Assembly: GCA_965238075.1 (NCBI GenBank)
Contig: OZ250173.1
Span: 1,440,001-1,504,000 of the forward strand
Reading direction: 5' to 3'
Origin: Candidatus Entotheonellaceae bacterium
Lineage (GTDB): Bacteria > Tectomicrobia > Entotheonellia > Entotheonellales > Entotheonellaceae
DNA: 64,000 nucleotides
Shown here piece by piece: positions 30,592-41,802 of the stretch. The notes beneath the pieces were generated by a model. It made no database searches. It had not been told where the DNA came from and was given only the letters and a program-made list of their open reading frames with translations. The stretch's first letter is position 1. Every line of letters starts with the position of its first letter. A program made the position numbers and the translations under genes.

Positions 30592-31782
30592 TCAGCAACA
30601 CGCCGCCAGGGCCTGATCGGCGTCGGCAATCAGGTCGTCGGTATCCTCGATGCCGGCGGCGTATCTTACCAGGCTATCGCCGATGCCCAACTTCCGGCGC
30701 TCGTCGGGCGCCAGTTCGTAGTATGACATCAGAGCGGGCTGCTCGACGAGGCTCTCGACGCCGCCGAGGCTCGGCGCGATGTACGGCAGGCGCAGGGCGT
30801 CGATGAAGGCGCTGGTCTGTTCGAGGCTGCCGTCGATCTCGAAACTGACGACGCCGCCGAAGCCGCGCATCTGGCGCTTGGCGACGGCGTGGCAGGGATG
30901 GCTTGGAAGGCCGGGATAGTACACCCGCCGCACCCGTGGATGCCGCTCCAGAAAGGTCGCCAGGGCCATGCCGTTGGCGTTGTGCTGCTGCATGCGCAGG
31001 GCGAAGGTTTTGAGGCCGCGGATCAGCAGGTAGGCGGCGTGCGGATCGCTGATGCCGCCCAGGACGCCTTGCGCCTCCCGCAGCGCGGCGATAATGGGCG
31101 CCTTGCCAACGATGACACCGGCGAGCAGGTCGTTGTGGCCGCCGAGGTATTTGGTAGCGCTGTGCATGACCAGGTCGATGCCGAAGCTCAGGGGATTCTG
31201 GTTGAACGGCGTGGCAAAGGTGCTGTCGACCAGGGTGCGCAGGCGATGCCGCTGCGCGATGGCTGCCAGTTCTTCCAGGTCGAGCACGTGGAGGTAGGGA
31301 TTGGTCGGCGCCTCGGAAAGAACCAGGCGCGTCGTGGGTTGTATCGCCGCTTCGATGGCCTGTGGCTGCGCCGCCGGCACCACCGACACGTCGATACCCA
31401 GCCGCTGCAGCACGCTGTCGCAGAACTGCCGCGTACGGCGGTAGCAATCGGCGGTGGTGATCAGGTGCTGCCCAGGGCGCAGCATGGTGAGCAGCGTGGA
31501 GGTGATGGCGCACATGCCGGAGGCCCACAGCAGGGCGTCGTCGGCGTGTTCGAGGGCGGCTATCTTGCGCTCCGCGGCCTGGATGGTGGGATTGCCGTAG
31601 CGCCCGTACTCGCCCTTGTGGAGGCGGCCTTCCTTGAAGTCGATCAACTCCTGCGTATCACGGAACACGTACGTCGAGGTCTGGTAAATCGGCACTGTTA
31701 GCGCGTCGGCCGTGCGCTGCTGCCGTTCACCGCCGTGAACCGCACGACTGCCGACGCCTTGCGGCGTTCGCTCGCGTGCCAT
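30592..31782 (-). CDS. metB: PLP-dependent trans-sulfuration enzyme, cystathionine gamma-synthase-like
   Basis: [52 protein letters not shown]. Confidence 0.85.
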   Translation of the reverse strand: MARERTPQGVGSRAVHGGERQQRTADALTVPIYQTSTYVFRDTQELIDFKEGRLHKGEYGRYGNPTIQAAERKIAALEHADDALLWASGMCAITSTLLTMLRPGQHLITTADCYRRTRQFCDSVLQRLGIDVSVVPAAQPQAIEAAIQPTTRLVLSEAPTNPYLHVLDLEELAAIAQRHRLRTLVDSTFATPFNQNPLSFGIDLVMHSATKYLGGHNDLLAGVIVGKAPIIAALREAQGVLGGISDPHAAYLLIRGLKTFALRMQQHNANGMALATFLERHPRVRRVYYPGLPSHPCHAVAKRQMRGFGGVVSFEIDGSLEQTSAFIDALRLPYIAPSLGGVESLVEQPALMSYYELAPDERRKLGIGDSLVRYAAGIEDTDDLIADADQALAACC

Positions 31783-31902
31783 GGCAAGCCCTCCAAAACT
31801 CTAGCGGCGTTGTCGTTCAAGCCGGACTTGCGGAGGCGATATGCGGGGTGGTTCAGAGTGCCATCAAGATCGGGGGGTTGAAAGTCTTCCGGGAGAGCCC
31901 AA

Positions 31903-31955
31903 GCTTTTTAGCAATTTTTTTAGAGTGGTTGCAATATGCCGCAAATCAATCCACT
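31903..31955 (-). ncRNA. SAM-II-like riboswitch upstream of metB
   Basis: Minus strand AGUGGAU-UGAUUU-GCGGCAUA-UUGC-AACCACU-CUAAAAAAAU-UGCUAAAAAG has the P1 stem AGUGG/CCACU and the UGAUUU, UUGC and GCUAAA hallmarks; same strand as a methionine-pathway gene. Confidence 0.75.
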
Positions 31956-32135
31956 GTCCGAAGCGAATAGTAAAGTTACACCGTAACAGAGGGCCAGCAA
32001 CTGCGTCAAGCCGTTTCTCATGCGGTGATCACCCTGCCGGGTTGCGCGGCCCAGAGGGTGCGGATACAATGCCGCCTCGTTATCCATCCATGACACACCA
32101 TTACAGCCTGCCTGCTCATAAGGAAACGGCAATCC

Positions 32136-33251
32136 ATGGGGAACAGCTTCGGTCACCTCTTCCGCATCACCACGTGGGGAGAGTCGCACGGCGGCGCAGT
32201 GGGCGTGGTCGTGGACGGCTGTCCGCCGCGCCTGGCGCTGTCGCCGGACGATATCCAGGTAGAGCTGGACCGTCGGCGGCCGGGGCAGAGCCGCATCACC
32301 ACGCAGCGTCAGGAAGGCGACGTGTGCGAGATTCTCTCTGGCGTCTTCGAGGGGCAGACGCTCGGCACCTCGATCCTCATTCTGGTGCACAACACCGACG
32401 CCAAGTCGCAGCATTACGCGCCCTTTCAGCACATCTACCGGCCCTCGCACGCCGATTACGCCTACGACGCCAAATACGGCATCCGCAACTGGCAGGGCGG
32501 CGGGCGGGCCAGCGCCCGGGAGACCATCGGGCGGGTGGCGGCCGGGGCCATCGCCAAGAAGCTGCTGCGCGAGCGCTGCGGCACCGAGATCATCGCCTAC
32601 GTCAAGCAAGTCCAGCACCTGCAAGCCGAGGTTGATCCCGGCACGGTGACGCCGGAACAGGTCGAGGCGAACATCGCCCGCTGCCCGGACGCCGCCTGCG
32701 CCGAAGCCATGATCGAACGTATCGACTGGGCGCGCCGCCAGGGGGATTCGCTCGGCGGCGTGGTGGAAGCGGTGGCGCGCGGCGTGCCCGCCGGCTGGGG
32801 CATGCCGGTGTTCGACAAGCTGGAAGCGGACCTCGCCAAGGGGCTGATGTCGCTGCCGGCCTCCAAGGGCTTTGAAATCGGCTCCGGGTTTGGCGGCATC
32901 ACGCTGACCGGCAGCGCCCACAACGACCCGTTCGAAATGCGCGACGGCCAGGTGCGCACCCGCACCAATCACTCCGGCGGCGTGCAGGGCGGTATCAGCA
33001 TCGGCGAGCCGCTGCTCATGCGCGTTGCCTTCAAGCCCACCGCCACCATTGCCAAGGCGCAGGAGACCGTGACGGACGACGGCGAGGCCGCCACGCTGGC
33101 CGCCAAGGGACGGCACGACCCGTGCGTGCTGCCGCGCGCCGTGCCCATGGTCGAGGCCATGATCGCCCTGGTGCTGGCCGACCATTACCTGCGCCAGCAG
33201 GGGCAGTGCGGCGTGCCCGGCCCGGCGGTCGAGGTGCGGCGTGGCGAATGA
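32136..33251 (+). CDS. aroC: Chorismate synthase
   Basis: [53 protein letters not shown]. Confidence 0.98.
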   Translation: MGNSFGHLFRITTWGESHGGAVGVVVDGCPPRLALSPDDIQVELDRRRPGQSRITTQRQEGDVCEILSGVFEGQTLGTSILILVHNTDAKSQHYAPFQHIYRPSHADYAYDAKYGIRNWQGGGRASARETIGRVAAGAIAKKLLRERCGTEIIAYVKQVQHLQAEVDPGTVTPEQVEANIARCPDAACAEAMIERIDWARRQGDSLGGVVEAVARGVPAGWGMPVFDKLEADLAKGLMSLPASKGFEIGSGFGGITLTGSAHNDPFEMRDGQVRTRTNHSGGVQGGISIGEPLLMRVAFKPTATIAKAQETVTDDGEAATLAAKGRHDPCVLPRAVPMVEAMIALVLADHYLRQQGQCGVPGPAVEVRRGE

Positions 33252-34512
33252 GCCGGCGTGTCGTCCTGACCGGGAAGGAATGCTGAGCCCCTATCGCGTC
33301 CTGGACCTAAGCGACGAACGCGGCATCCTGTGCGGCAAAATCCTCGCCGACCTGGGCGCCGACGTGATCCAGATCGAGCCCCCGGGCGGCAGCTCGGCGC
33401 GGCGTATCGGCCCCTTCTACCAAGATGAGCCGGGGCCCGACAGCAGCCTCTTCTGGTGGTCCTACGCGGCCAACAAACGAAGCATCACCCTCAATCTTCA
33501 CACTGCCGACGGGCAGGCCCTGCTGAAACGCCTGTTGCCGACCGCCGACTTTCTGGTGGAATCGGGTCCGCCCGGAGAACTGGCGTCCCTGGGGCTTGGC
33601 TACGCCGAGCTCGCCGAGATCAATCCCTCGCTGATCGTCGTATCCGTCACGCCGTTCGGGCAATCGGGTCCCTACGCCGGCTATCAGGCGCCCGATCTGG
33701 TCGGTATCGGCATGGCCGGATTGATGTACGTCACGGGTGACCCGGACCGGCCGCCGGTGCGTGTCGGCTTTCCGCATTTCTACCTGCATGGGGCCGCCGC
33801 CGGGGCTACCGGGGCGATGTTGGCGCACGCCCACCGCACGCTCACCGGCGCCGGTCAGTATGTTGACGTGTCGTGCCAGGAAGCCGTGGCCCGGGCGCTG
33901 GCCAACGCGCCGCAGAGCTACGTGCTGGATGGGGCGATCATCAAGCGCCAGGGCTCGTACCGGCAGACGGGTTCCACTACTTACATGCGCATCACGTGGC
34001 CGTGCCGCGACGGCTTTGTGAATTTCCTGTTTTCGGGCGGCGCCGGCGCCGGGGCCAGCGCTAACAACCTCGTGCAGTGGATGGCCGAGGAGGGCGTGGG
34101 CGACGCCTACCTGGAAAGCCTGGATTTCACAAAATGGGGCTACGGCACTATCACCCTCGAGATGATGAAGCGCATGGTGCCGGTGGTCGAGCGCTTCATG
34201 CTCAGCCATACCAAGCAGGAGCTGTTCGACGGCGCGGTAGCGCGGCGCATCCTGCTGTTTCCGGTGGCCACGCCGCGGGACATTTACGGCAACCCCCAGT
34301 TGACAGCACGGGATTATTTTCAGCAGGTGCCGCACGCCGCGTTTGAGGAGCCGCTGATCCTGCCGGGTCCGTTTGCCAACGCCAGCGCCTGCCCCTTGGG
34401 ATTCCGCTACCCGCCGCCAATGGTCGGCGAGCACAACCGCGCCGTTTACGTTGACGAACTTGGCCTGCAGCCTCAGGAATTGGTGCGGCTGTGGGAATTC
34501 AATGCCGTGTGA
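33241..34512 (+). CDS. CaiB/BaiF (family III) CoA-transferase subunit
   Basis: [44 protein letters not shown]. Confidence 0.92.
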   Translation: MANEPACRPDREGMLSPYRVLDLSDERGILCGKILADLGADVIQIEPPGGSSARRIGPFYQDEPGPDSSLFWWSYAANKRSITLNLHTADGQALLKRLLPTADFLVESGPPGELASLGLGYAELAEINPSLIVVSVTPFGQSGPYAGYQAPDLVGIGMAGLMYVTGDPDRPPVRVGFPHFYLHGAAAGATGAMLAHAHRTLTGAGQYVDVSCQEAVARALANAPQSYVLDGAIIKRQGSYRQTGSTTYMRITWPCRDGFVNFLFSGGAGAGASANNLVQWMAEEGVGDAYLESLDFTKWGYGTITLEMMKRMVPVVERFMLSHTKQELFDGAVARRILLFPVATPRDIYGNPQLTARDYFQQVPHAAFEEPLILPGPFANASACPLGFRYPPPMVGEHNRAVYVDELGLQPQELVRLWEFNAV

Positions 34513-34523
34513 CGGAGGTCTGC

Positions 34524-35756
34524 ATGCGACCCATGGAGGGCCTGAAGGTTCTGGATTTCTGCTGGGTGGCCGTCGGTCCCATGACCACGAGTTATCTGGC
34601 GGAATACGGCGCCACGGTGGTGCGCGTCGAATCCAGGCTGCGCCCCGAGGTGCTGCGCAGCGCCCCGCCCTTTGGCGGTAACGTGCGCGGTCCGAACCGC
34701 AGCGCCTATTACGCCAATTACAACGCCAACAAATTCGGCTTCGGCCTCAACATGGCGCATCCCCAAGGCGTCGAGATCGTCAAGCGCTTCGTCGCCTGGG
34801 CCGATCTGGTGAGCGAGAATTTCACCCCCGGCACGCTGGAGAAATGGGGCCTCGGCTACGACGATCTGTGCGCCATCAAGCCCGACGTCATCCTGTTCAG
34901 CACCTCCATGCTGGGCCGGGGCGGGCCGCACTCGCGGCAGCCGGGTTTCGGCCCGGTGCTGTCCTCGCTCAGCGGCATGACCGGCCTGACCGGCTGGCCG
35001 GACCGACCGCCGACCAATCCGTATGGCGCTTACACGGATTTCATCGTGCCGCGCTTCGCCATTCCTACCATCATCGCGGCCCTGGACTACCGCCGCCGCA
35101 CCGGGCGCGGCCAGCACATCGACATTTCGCAACTCGAAGCCTCCCTGCACTTCCTCGCCCCGCCTGTCGTGGAATGGGCCATGATGGGGCGCGAGACCGG
35201 ACGCTGCGGCAACCGCCATCCCAGCGCCGCGCCGCACGGCGCCTACCCTTGCCGGGGCGACGACCGCTGGTGCACCATCGCCTGCCTCTCCGAGGCGCAT
35301 TGGCAGACCCTGTGCGGGGTTATGGGACACCCTGCCTGGAGCCAGGAGGCGCGCTTCGCCACCCTGCTGGCCCGCAAGGCCCATGAAGAGGCCCTGGACG
35401 GCCTGATTGCCGAATGGACCCAAGGCTGGGCCGCCCACGACCTGATGCACACCCTGCAAGCGGCTGGGGTGCCGGCAGGCGTCGTGCAGACCAACCGTGA
35501 CGTTATCGAAGACCCACAACTGGCCCACCGCGGCCACTTCGTCTACCTGGATCACCCCGAAGTCGGCCGCCACCCCGTGCAGCGCTCCGAGTTCCACCTC
35601 TCCGCCGCCGCCCCCGAACACCGATCCCCCGCCCCGCTCCTCGGCCAGCACACCGCCCAGGTCTGCCGGGACATCCTCGGCATGTCCGACGCCGATATCG
35701 CCGCGCTGATGCAGGAAGGCGTCCTGGAAGACGACACGCCGCTGCCGGAGGCGTAA
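34524..35756 (+). CDS. CaiB/BaiF (family III) CoA-transferase subunit
   Basis: KVLDFCWVAVGP, ENFTPG, AYTD (catalytic Asp), GRGQHIDIS, APLLGQH. Confidence 0.92.
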   Translation: MRPMEGLKVLDFCWVAVGPMTTSYLAEYGATVVRVESRLRPEVLRSAPPFGGNVRGPNRSAYYANYNANKFGFGLNMAHPQGVEIVKRFVAWADLVSENFTPGTLEKWGLGYDDLCAIKPDVILFSTSMLGRGGPHSRQPGFGPVLSSLSGMTGLTGWPDRPPTNPYGAYTDFIVPRFAIPTIIAALDYRRRTGRGQHIDISQLEASLHFLAPPVVEWAMMGRETGRCGNRHPSAAPHGAYPCRGDDRWCTIACLSEAHWQTLCGVMGHPAWSQEARFATLLARKAHEEALDGLIAEWTQGWAAHDLMHTLQAAGVPAGVVQTNRDVIEDPQLAHRGHFVYLDHPEVGRHPVQRSEFHLSAAAPEHRSPAPLLGQHTAQVCRDILGMSDADIAALMQEGVLEDDTPLPEA

Positions 35757-35812
35757 GCCGGGGCAAGGCCTCCCCTGCCTGAACCGAATTATAACAAGAG
35801 CTTTGGCTTCAC

Positions 35813-35844
35813 GTAGGTTGGATTAGCCGCAGGCGTAATCCGAC
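35813..35844 (+). repeat. Family A REP-like palindrome
   Basis: GTAGGTTGGATTAGCCGCAGGCGTAATCCGAC. Confidence 0.8.
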
Positions 35845-35866
35845 ATTCCACCTTTGGGTACAGATC

Positions 35867-35980
35867 ATGCTGATCCGAGAATTCTCTGCAACCGTTGTCG
35901 GATTGGTCCGTCAGGTGCGCGCGGATTACATGCCGCCGCTCATGGTCTACGCGGCAGCGGGCATCTCGGGGTTGACAATC
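35867..35980 (+). pseudogene. N-terminal fragment of a BT1/folate-biopterin-type MFS transporter
   Basis: RQVRADYMPPLMVYAAAGISGLT resembles the first helix of that family, then similarity ends at the convergent PIN remnant. Confidence 0.4.
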
Positions 35981-36001
35981 AGCCATCTGTGCGTCCCTCG
36001 T

Positions 36002-36266
36002 TTACCAGATGGTTTGCGGATGATAAGCGCGAATCGCGGCGTCCGGGGTCACCAGGGGGCAGGCGTGCAGAACTGCAGTGGCGACCAGGGTGCGGTCCGC
36101 CGGGTCGCGGTGGTCCCAGTCGAGTTCGAAGTTCTTTATCCAAGTGGCGACATCGACCGGGAGGACCTCGACGCGGTCGACCTGCTCCAGTCTGTCGGTG
36201 AACTCCTGGACGGACAGGGGCACGGAGAGTTTACCCTTGCTGACTTTGATGCCGATTTCCCAAGGG
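36002..36266 (-). pseudogene. VapC/PIN toxin, 5'-truncated
   Basis: WEIGIKVSKGKL...HRDPADRTLVATA...LVTPD..I...TIW*; the N-terminal LDT catalytic strand is missing. Confidence 0.8.
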
Positions 36267-36317
36267 GTAAGGGGGAAAGCCCGGACTTCAAGCCATCGTG
36301 ATCCGAAAACGCTCCGG

Positions 36318-37133
36318 TCACCAAGCCAGTAGATCGCTTTCCCGGCGGTCGGTGATGAACATGTGGCCCGGTGCGTGAGTGAGGGCGATGTCGGGCTTGG
36401 TCTGCATCATGACCGCCTGGGGCGTGACGCCGCAGGCCCAGAAAACGGGCACGTCGTCGGGTTCCAGGGGCAGGGGGTCGCCGAAGTCCGGCTTCTGCAA
36501 GTCGTCGATGCCCAGGGCCGCCGGGTCGCCGACGTGGACCGGCGCGCCGTGCACGGCCGGGAAGCGGCTGGTGATTTGAACGGTGCGCACCACCTGGGAT
36601 TGCGGGATGGGGCGCATGCTGACGACCATCGGGCCTTGGAAGCATCCGGCGGGCTTGCAGGGGCGGTTGGTGATATACATGGGCACGTTACAACCCAGCT
36701 CCCAGTGCTTGAGGCGAATGCCGGCCGCCATCAGCGGATGCTCGAAGGTGAAGCTGCAGCCCAGCAGGAAGCTGACCAAGTCGTCCCGCCAGTATGCCGA
36801 CAGGGTGTCGGTCTCATCACTCAGTTCGCCGTTGCGGTACACCCGATAGCGTGGCACGTCGGTGCGCAGATCGGCGCCGGGGGCCAATTCGCGCGGCTCG
36901 CCGTCGCCCGCGTCCAGGACTTCCAGCAGCGGGCAGGGTTGCGGGTTGCGCTGGCAGAAGAGCAGGAAATCGTAGGCCAGGGCGCGGGGAACGATGGCCA
37001 CGTTGGCCTGCGTGTACCCCGGAGCCAGGCCGGCTGTGGGGGTGCGCCATTGACCGGCGCGAATGAGTTCGCGCAGCTGACGGGGCGTCCGGTCCGCCAA
37101 GTTTTGCAGGGCGGGCTGGGCGGCGACCATCAC
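36318..37133 (-). CDS. Putative hydro-lyase / D-glutamate cyclase family (DUF1445)
   Basis: [50 protein letters not shown]. Confidence 0.92.
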   Translation of the reverse strand: MMVAAQPALQNLADRTPRQLRELIRAGQWRTPTAGLAPGYTQANVAIVPRALAYDFLLFCQRNPQPCPLLEVLDAGDGEPRELAPGADLRTDVPRYRVYRNGELSDETDTLSAYWRDDLVSFLLGCSFTFEHPLMAAGIRLKHWELGCNVPMYITNRPCKPAGCFQGPMVVSMRPIPQSQVVRTVQITSRFPAVHGAPVHVGDPAALGIDDLQKPDFGDPLPLEPDDVPVFWACGVTPQAVMMQTKPDIALTHAPGHMFITDRRESDLLAW

Positions 37134-37327
37134 GCGGCTCCTTCGGCCTCGTGCCCGACGGCAGAGGCAGCGGTTTCCAGTCGGGCCACCAGGTCATCCG
37201 AGCGCTCCAGGGCGGCCTCGACGGAGCCGTATTCCGGCCAGAAGCGGAACAGGATTGTCAAGCCCAGGCTGACGCCCAGGCAGATCACCGCGAAGATCGT
37301 CAACGTCACGGCTGTCGTCATTCTCAT
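37130..37327 (-). CDS. Small single-TM membrane protein
   Basis: Hydrophobic helix [26 protein letters not shown]; stop overlaps the next start. Confidence 0.6.
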   Translation of the reverse strand: MRMTTAVTLTIFAVICLGVSLGLTILFRFWPEYGSVEAALERSDDLVARLETAASAVGHEAEGAA

Positions 37328-37349
37328 CCTTTCGTCAGGGCACCGGAGA

Positions 37350-37634
37350 TTAAGGGCCGGTGCCGCCGCTGGGTTCATCCTCTATTTCGACAAATTCAAG
37401 GGTCGGCATGGCGTCCGGCGCGGCGGTTGTGATGCCGGGCGCGGGCGCCGCCGTTGTGGGTTCGGGGGCTGCCGGGCGGGTGCGGTTCGCCGCGGCCTCG
37501 CTCAGGTCCAAGACGACGCCGGGTGGCCGGACGCGCAGGCCGACCTGCGCCTTGAAGGCCGACAAATCGCCGCCACAGCTTCGGCAGGTATCGAGGTAAT
37601 CGTGGCTGACGTAGTTGCAACCGGGGCACTTCAT
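37350..37634 (-). CDS. Small zinc-ribbon protein
   Basis: MKCPGC...CRSCGGDL (two CxxC) plus a Pro/Ala-rich tail; GGAGG RBS. Confidence 0.7.
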   Translation of the reverse strand: MKCPGCNYVSHDYLDTCRSCGGDLSAFKAQVGLRVRPPGVVLDLSEAAANRTRPAAPEPTTAAPAPGITTAAPDAMPTLEFVEIEDEPSGGTGP

Positions 37635-37718
37635 CAGCTGGCCTCCCAGAGTACTTTCGGATTAAGACGCTTTGCATCTGGAGCGTGTCTTCCTGATGCA
37701 ATCAGATACGGAAATACT

Positions 37719-39413
37719 CTAAGCGCCGCTCAGCACTACGCGCTCTTGATACTCGCCGAAGACGCCGCGCAGGGTGTCGGCAATCTCGCCCAGGGTGGCG
37801 TAGCTCTCGACCGCAGCGATCAGCGGCGGCATCAGGTTGTCTGTGCCGCGCGCGCACTGCTCCAGGGTTTGCAAGGCGGCGGCCACCTGGTGACTGTCGC
37901 GTTGCGAGCGCAGGGCCTGCAAGCGGGCGATCTGCTGTTTTTCGAGGGCGGGATCGATGTGCATGATCGGCGGGGTGGCGTCTTCGTCCATGGTGAAGGC
38001 GTTCAAACCGACGATGAGCCGCGTTTTATCCTCAATTTCCTTCTGGTACATGTAGGCGCTCTGTTGGATTTCGTGCTGCTGAAAGCCGGACTGGATGGCC
38101 TTGACCGCGCCGCCCATGGCGTTGATCTGCTGGATGTAGGCGCGTGCGCCCGCCTCAATGGCGTCCGTCAGCGCCTCGATGGCATACGAGCCGCCGACCG
38201 GGTCGATGACCTTGGCGACACCGGTTTCGTGGGCGATGATCTGCTGGGTGCGCAGGGCGATCTGCACGGCCTCCTCGGTGGGCAGGGCAAGGGCCTCGTC
38301 GCGCGAGTTGGTATGCAGGGATTGGGCGCCGCCGAGGACGGCCGCCATCGCCTGGATGGCCACCCGCACGATATTGATGTTCGGCTGCTGAGCGGTCAGG
38401 CTGCTGCCGGCCGTCTGGGCATGAAAGCGCAGCATCTGGGCGCGCGGGTTGTGCGCCCGAAAGCGATCGCGCATGATGCGGGCCCACAGCCGCCGCGCCG
38501 CCCGGAACTTGGCGATCTCCTCCAGAAAGTCGTTGTGGACGTTGAAGAAGAAGGAAAGCTGCGTACCAAAGGTATTGACGTCGAGCCCGGCTTCCAGCGC
38601 CGCCTCGACGTAGGCGATGCCGTTGGCCAGCGTAAAGGCGACTTCCTGCACTGCGGTGGAGCCCGCCTCGCGGATGTGGTAGCCGCTGATGCTGATAGTG
38701 TTCCAGCGCGGCAACGCTTCTTGCGCGTAGGCGAAAACGTCCGTGATCAGCCGCATCGAGGGGCCTGGGGGGTAGATGTAAGTGCCGCGGGCGATGTATT
38801 CCTTGAGGATGTCGTTTTGAATCGTGCCGGTGAGCTTGGCGGGTTCGACGCCCTGCTTCTTGGCCACGGCGATGTAGAGGGCCAGCAGCGTGGCGGCGGT
38901 GGCGTTGATGGTCATGGAGGTGCTGACGCGGTCGAGCGGGATGCCGTCGAGCAGCGTTTCCATGTCTTGCAGCGACGCAATAGCCACGCCTACTTTACCA
39001 ACCTCGCCGGTAGCCATCGGGTGGTCCGAGTCATAGCCGATCTGGGTGGGCAGGTCGAAGGCGACGCTCAGGCCTTTCTGGCCGCGCTCCAGCAGGAACT
39101 TGTAGCGCTGGTTGGAGGCTTCCGCAGTGCCGAACCCGGCGTATTGGCGCATGGTCCACAAGCGCCCGCGGTACATGGTCGGATGGATGCCGCGGGTGAA
39201 CGGAAACTGACCGGGAAAGTTGAGATCCTCAAGGTGGTCGTCTTCCGAACGATCCAGCGGTGTGTACAGGCGGGCAACCGGCAGCCCCGAAAGGGTCTTG
39301 AACGCCTCCTGCCGCTCCGGTGTCCGCGCCAAGGCGGGCTCGACGACCTCCGTGTCCCACTGCCGGCGCTGGACGGCAATGTCCTCCAGCCCATTGCGTT
39401 CCTCTCGGGCCAT
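37719..39413 (-). CDS. Methylmalonyl-CoA mutase family, stand-alone substrate-binding (large) subunit
   Basis: [62 protein letters not shown]; no C-terminal DxHxxG B12 domain. Confidence 0.95.
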   Translation of the reverse strand: MAREERNGLEDIAVQRRQWDTEVVEPALARTPERQEAFKTLSGLPVARLYTPLDRSEDDHLEDLNFPGQFPFTRGIHPTMYRGRLWTMRQYAGFGTAEASNQRYKFLLERGQKGLSVAFDLPTQIGYDSDHPMATGEVGKVGVAIASLQDMETLLDGIPLDRVSTSMTINATAATLLALYIAVAKKQGVEPAKLTGTIQNDILKEYIARGTYIYPPGPSMRLITDVFAYAQEALPRWNTISISGYHIREAGSTAVQEVAFTLANGIAYVEAALEAGLDVNTFGTQLSFFFNVHNDFLEEIAKFRAARRLWARIMRDRFRAHNPRAQMLRFHAQTAGSSLTAQQPNINIVRVAIQAMAAVLGGAQSLHTNSRDEALALPTEEAVQIALRTQQIIAHETGVAKVIDPVGGSYAIEALTDAIEAGARAYIQQINAMGGAVKAIQSGFQQHEIQQSAYMYQKEIEDKTRLIVGLNAFTMDEDATPPIMHIDPALEKQQIARLQALRSQRDSHQVAAALQTLEQCARGTDNLMPPLIAAVESYATLGEIADTLRGVFGEYQERVVLSGA

Positions 39414-39627
39414 CTCGAAACTCCTGATCGTGTTCGATGTACTGCTACTGATTCATGTGGGTGGGGGTTGTGCCTGACAACGCGGCGACTATACAACGCC
39501 CCGTTGGGCATATCCAGCCCGATGCCCGTTTTCCCCGCCCCAATCCTTGTGTGAAGAAGGTTGAGCCCCTTTAGGGCTTCTGTTACTTTACGCAGCGGTG
39601 CAGTGGACCAACATCTGATGAAAGAGG

Positions 39628-40311
39628 ATGCGAGCGATGCGGCTGGGCATTTTGGGCGACATTCACGGGTATCTCCCCGGCAGCGACGTGCTGGGGGTTG
39701 ATTTTGCAGTGCACCTGACGCAGACGCTGCAGGTAGACGCCTTTCTGCAGGTGGGCGACATGTGCCACTACCGGTCGTTTGCCCGCCCGGTGTACTGGAT
39801 CATCGGCAACAACGACTGGCCGGACGTGGTGCGGCAGGTGGCGAGCGGCGAGCGGCCGCTGCGGCATTTCCACAACCTCAAGCCGGGCGAGGCGGCAACC
39901 CTGACCAAGGACGCCGAGACCGTGCGCATCGCCGGGTTGAACGGCGCCTACGACGATCTGTATTACGACCTCGACCCTGCCGACCCGCGGCCCACGGAAA
40001 GCCTGGCGTATTTCGTGCGTGAAGACGTCGACAAGTGTCTGTCCCTGCGGCAGATCGACGTGTTTCTGGCGCACGGCTGCCCGGCCGGCCTGGGCTACGG
40101 GCGCGAGCCGGACTACGGCGTGCCCGCCATCCGGGAAATCCTCGACGCCGTGCAGCCGCGCGTCATGTTCTGCGGCCACGCCCACTTCTACCGCGAAGCC
40201 CGCAGCGGCGCCAGCACCGTCTACTCGCTCGAAGAATTGAAGCACGAGTACTACGTCTTCGATACTGCCACGGGCGCCCTCGAGCGCTTTCCGAGCCAGG
40301 CGGCGGCGTGA
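39628..40311 (+). CDS. Calcineurin-like metallophosphoesterase
   Basis: GDIHG, QVGD, IGNND, LAHG, CGHAH. Confidence 0.9.
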   Translation: MRAMRLGILGDIHGYLPGSDVLGVDFAVHLTQTLQVDAFLQVGDMCHYRSFARPVYWIIGNNDWPDVVRQVASGERPLRHFHNLKPGEAATLTKDAETVRIAGLNGAYDDLYYDLDPADPRPTESLAYFVREDVDKCLSLRQIDVFLAHGCPAGLGYGREPDYGVPAIREILDAVQPRVMFCGHAHFYREARSGASTVYSLEELKHEYYVFDTATGALERFPSQAAA

Positions 40312-40790
40312 TGCGGACAGCCACCGCGCGCAACCCCAGCGTCTTGATGGAGCCGATGCTGGCCGACGACCTCGACGCCGTTCTCGCCATCGAGCACAAA
40401 TCCTTCAGCATGCCCTGGACCGACACCATGTTCCTGTCCGAAATGCGGCAGGGTCCGGCTTCCCAACTGCTGGTCGTGCGCCTGGAGAAGCGGCCCACCA
40501 CGATCGTCGGCTACATTGGCTACCGCGCGGTATTGGATGAAATGCACGTCATGATCCTTGCCGTGGCGCCGGCCTGGCGTCGGCGGGGCATCGCGCAACA
40601 CATGCTGTCGGAAGCCATGGAACAGGCGCGGCAGGCCGACTGCGTCCGCGCCACCCTGGAAGTGCGGGCTTCGAACGTCGGTGCCCAGCAGCTTTACTAT
40701 CGCCTGGGATTCGCCCCGGTTGGCGTTCGTCCCAAGTATTACCAGCGCCCGAGCGAGGACGCCCTCATCCTGTGGCGCGACCCGCTGTGA
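40311..40790 (+). CDS. rimI: Ribosomal protein S18 alanine N-acetyltransferase
   Basis: IEHKSFSMPW, LAVAPAWRRRGIA, TLEVRASNVGAQQLY..LGF..GVRPKYY..EDALI. Confidence 0.9.
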   Translation: MRTATARNPSVLMEPMLADDLDAVLAIEHKSFSMPWTDTMFLSEMRQGPASQLLVVRLEKRPTTIVGYIGYRAVLDEMHVMILAVAPAWRRRGIAQHMLSEAMEQARQADCVRATLEVRASNVGAQQLYYRLGFAPVGVRPKYYQRPSEDALILWRDPL

Positions 40791-40857
40791 ACCCCTTGGC
40801 GATATTGTCGGTGATCGAATTTCTGAATCTTTGCGGTCGTGTCTCACGCTGAATTTC

Positions 40858-40895
40858 CCCCTCACCCCAACCCTCTTCCTATAGGGGAGAAGGGG
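40858..40895 (+). repeat. Palindromic repeat family C
   Basis: CCCCTCACCCCAACCCTCTTCCTATAGGGGAGAAGGGG. Confidence 0.8.
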
Positions 40896-40971
40896 CTTCC
40901 CTTGCCAGCGAGGAGGGAGAAACTGAGGCACGGCTGTATTTCTCGAATGCCCGAAAACATTATGGAGATCG

Positions 40972-41742
40972 ATGATGGCAGATGAGGCGGAAATTATCCG
41001 TTTGCAGCAGGCCGTGGAGGTCGACCCTGCGGACGCCGAGGCGCGCTTGGCGCTATTGCAATTGCTCGTCGAGGCGGAGCGTTGGAAGGAGGCCGAGGAA
41101 GTTGGCGACGTCCTGCTTCAGGAAGAATCGCCGGCCACCGCTGCGCACGCGCTCATGGGCATCGTGTACAGCAAGGACAGACGCTGGGACGCCGCCGTGG
41201 GGCAATGCCGACAGGCACTCGAAAAGCAACCGGACGATCCCCTCGCGCTGTTTAACCTCGGCACGTTGCTGGTGCAGCAGGGCGATCCGCAAGCCGCCAT
41301 CGAACACCTTGAAAAGGCCATCGAGCTGCAATCGGGCTGGGCCGAGGCGCACTACGCGCTGGGGACGGCCCTGCTTCATCGCGAGCGCTACCGCGAAGCC
41401 ATCAACGCCTTCGACGAAGCCATCGAACTGCGCCCGACGTATCCCGAGGCCGAGTTCAATCGCGGCAACGCCTATGCCATGCGCGGGCTTGAGTCCAACG
41501 GCACGATGGATTACTACGAGCTCGACTGCGCGGTGCAGGCGTACAAGAAGGCCATCCAGAAGCGGCCGGGCTACCCGGCGGCGCTCTACAATCTGGGGAT
41601 GGTCTACAAACGCATGAACTCCTCCGAGGGCCTGCGCGTGTGGGACGAATACATGGAGGCCGCGCGTCCCCTGCCCGAAGAAACGATCTGGTGGGCGCGG
41701 GCGCAGGAGTTCAAGGCCGATCTGCAGGACCGGCTGAAATAG
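40972..41742 (+). CDS. Tetratricopeptide repeat protein
   Basis: Repeated A.FNLG / AHYALG / AEFNRG / ALYNLG ... A..Y.KAI...P units. Confidence 0.9.
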   Translation: MMADEAEIIRLQQAVEVDPADAEARLALLQLLVEAERWKEAEEVGDVLLQEESPATAAHALMGIVYSKDRRWDAAVGQCRQALEKQPDDPLALFNLGTLLVQQGDPQAAIEHLEKAIELQSGWAEAHYALGTALLHRERYREAINAFDEAIELRPTYPEAEFNRGNAYAMRGLESNGTMDYYELDCAVQAYKKAIQKRPGYPAALYNLGMVYKRMNSSEGLRVWDEYMEAARPLPEETIWWARAQEFKADLQDRLK

Positions 41743-41802
41743 GTCTGCAGGGGAGGCTCACTCCTGACTATGGAACCAGGACAGGCCATTCGAGTTCAGC
41801 CT

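Noticed and set aside
36363-39554. 1063-aa plus-strand ORF
   Set aside because: Antisense shadow of the mutase and DUF1445 genes; no motifs. Long antisense ORFs are expected at this GC content.
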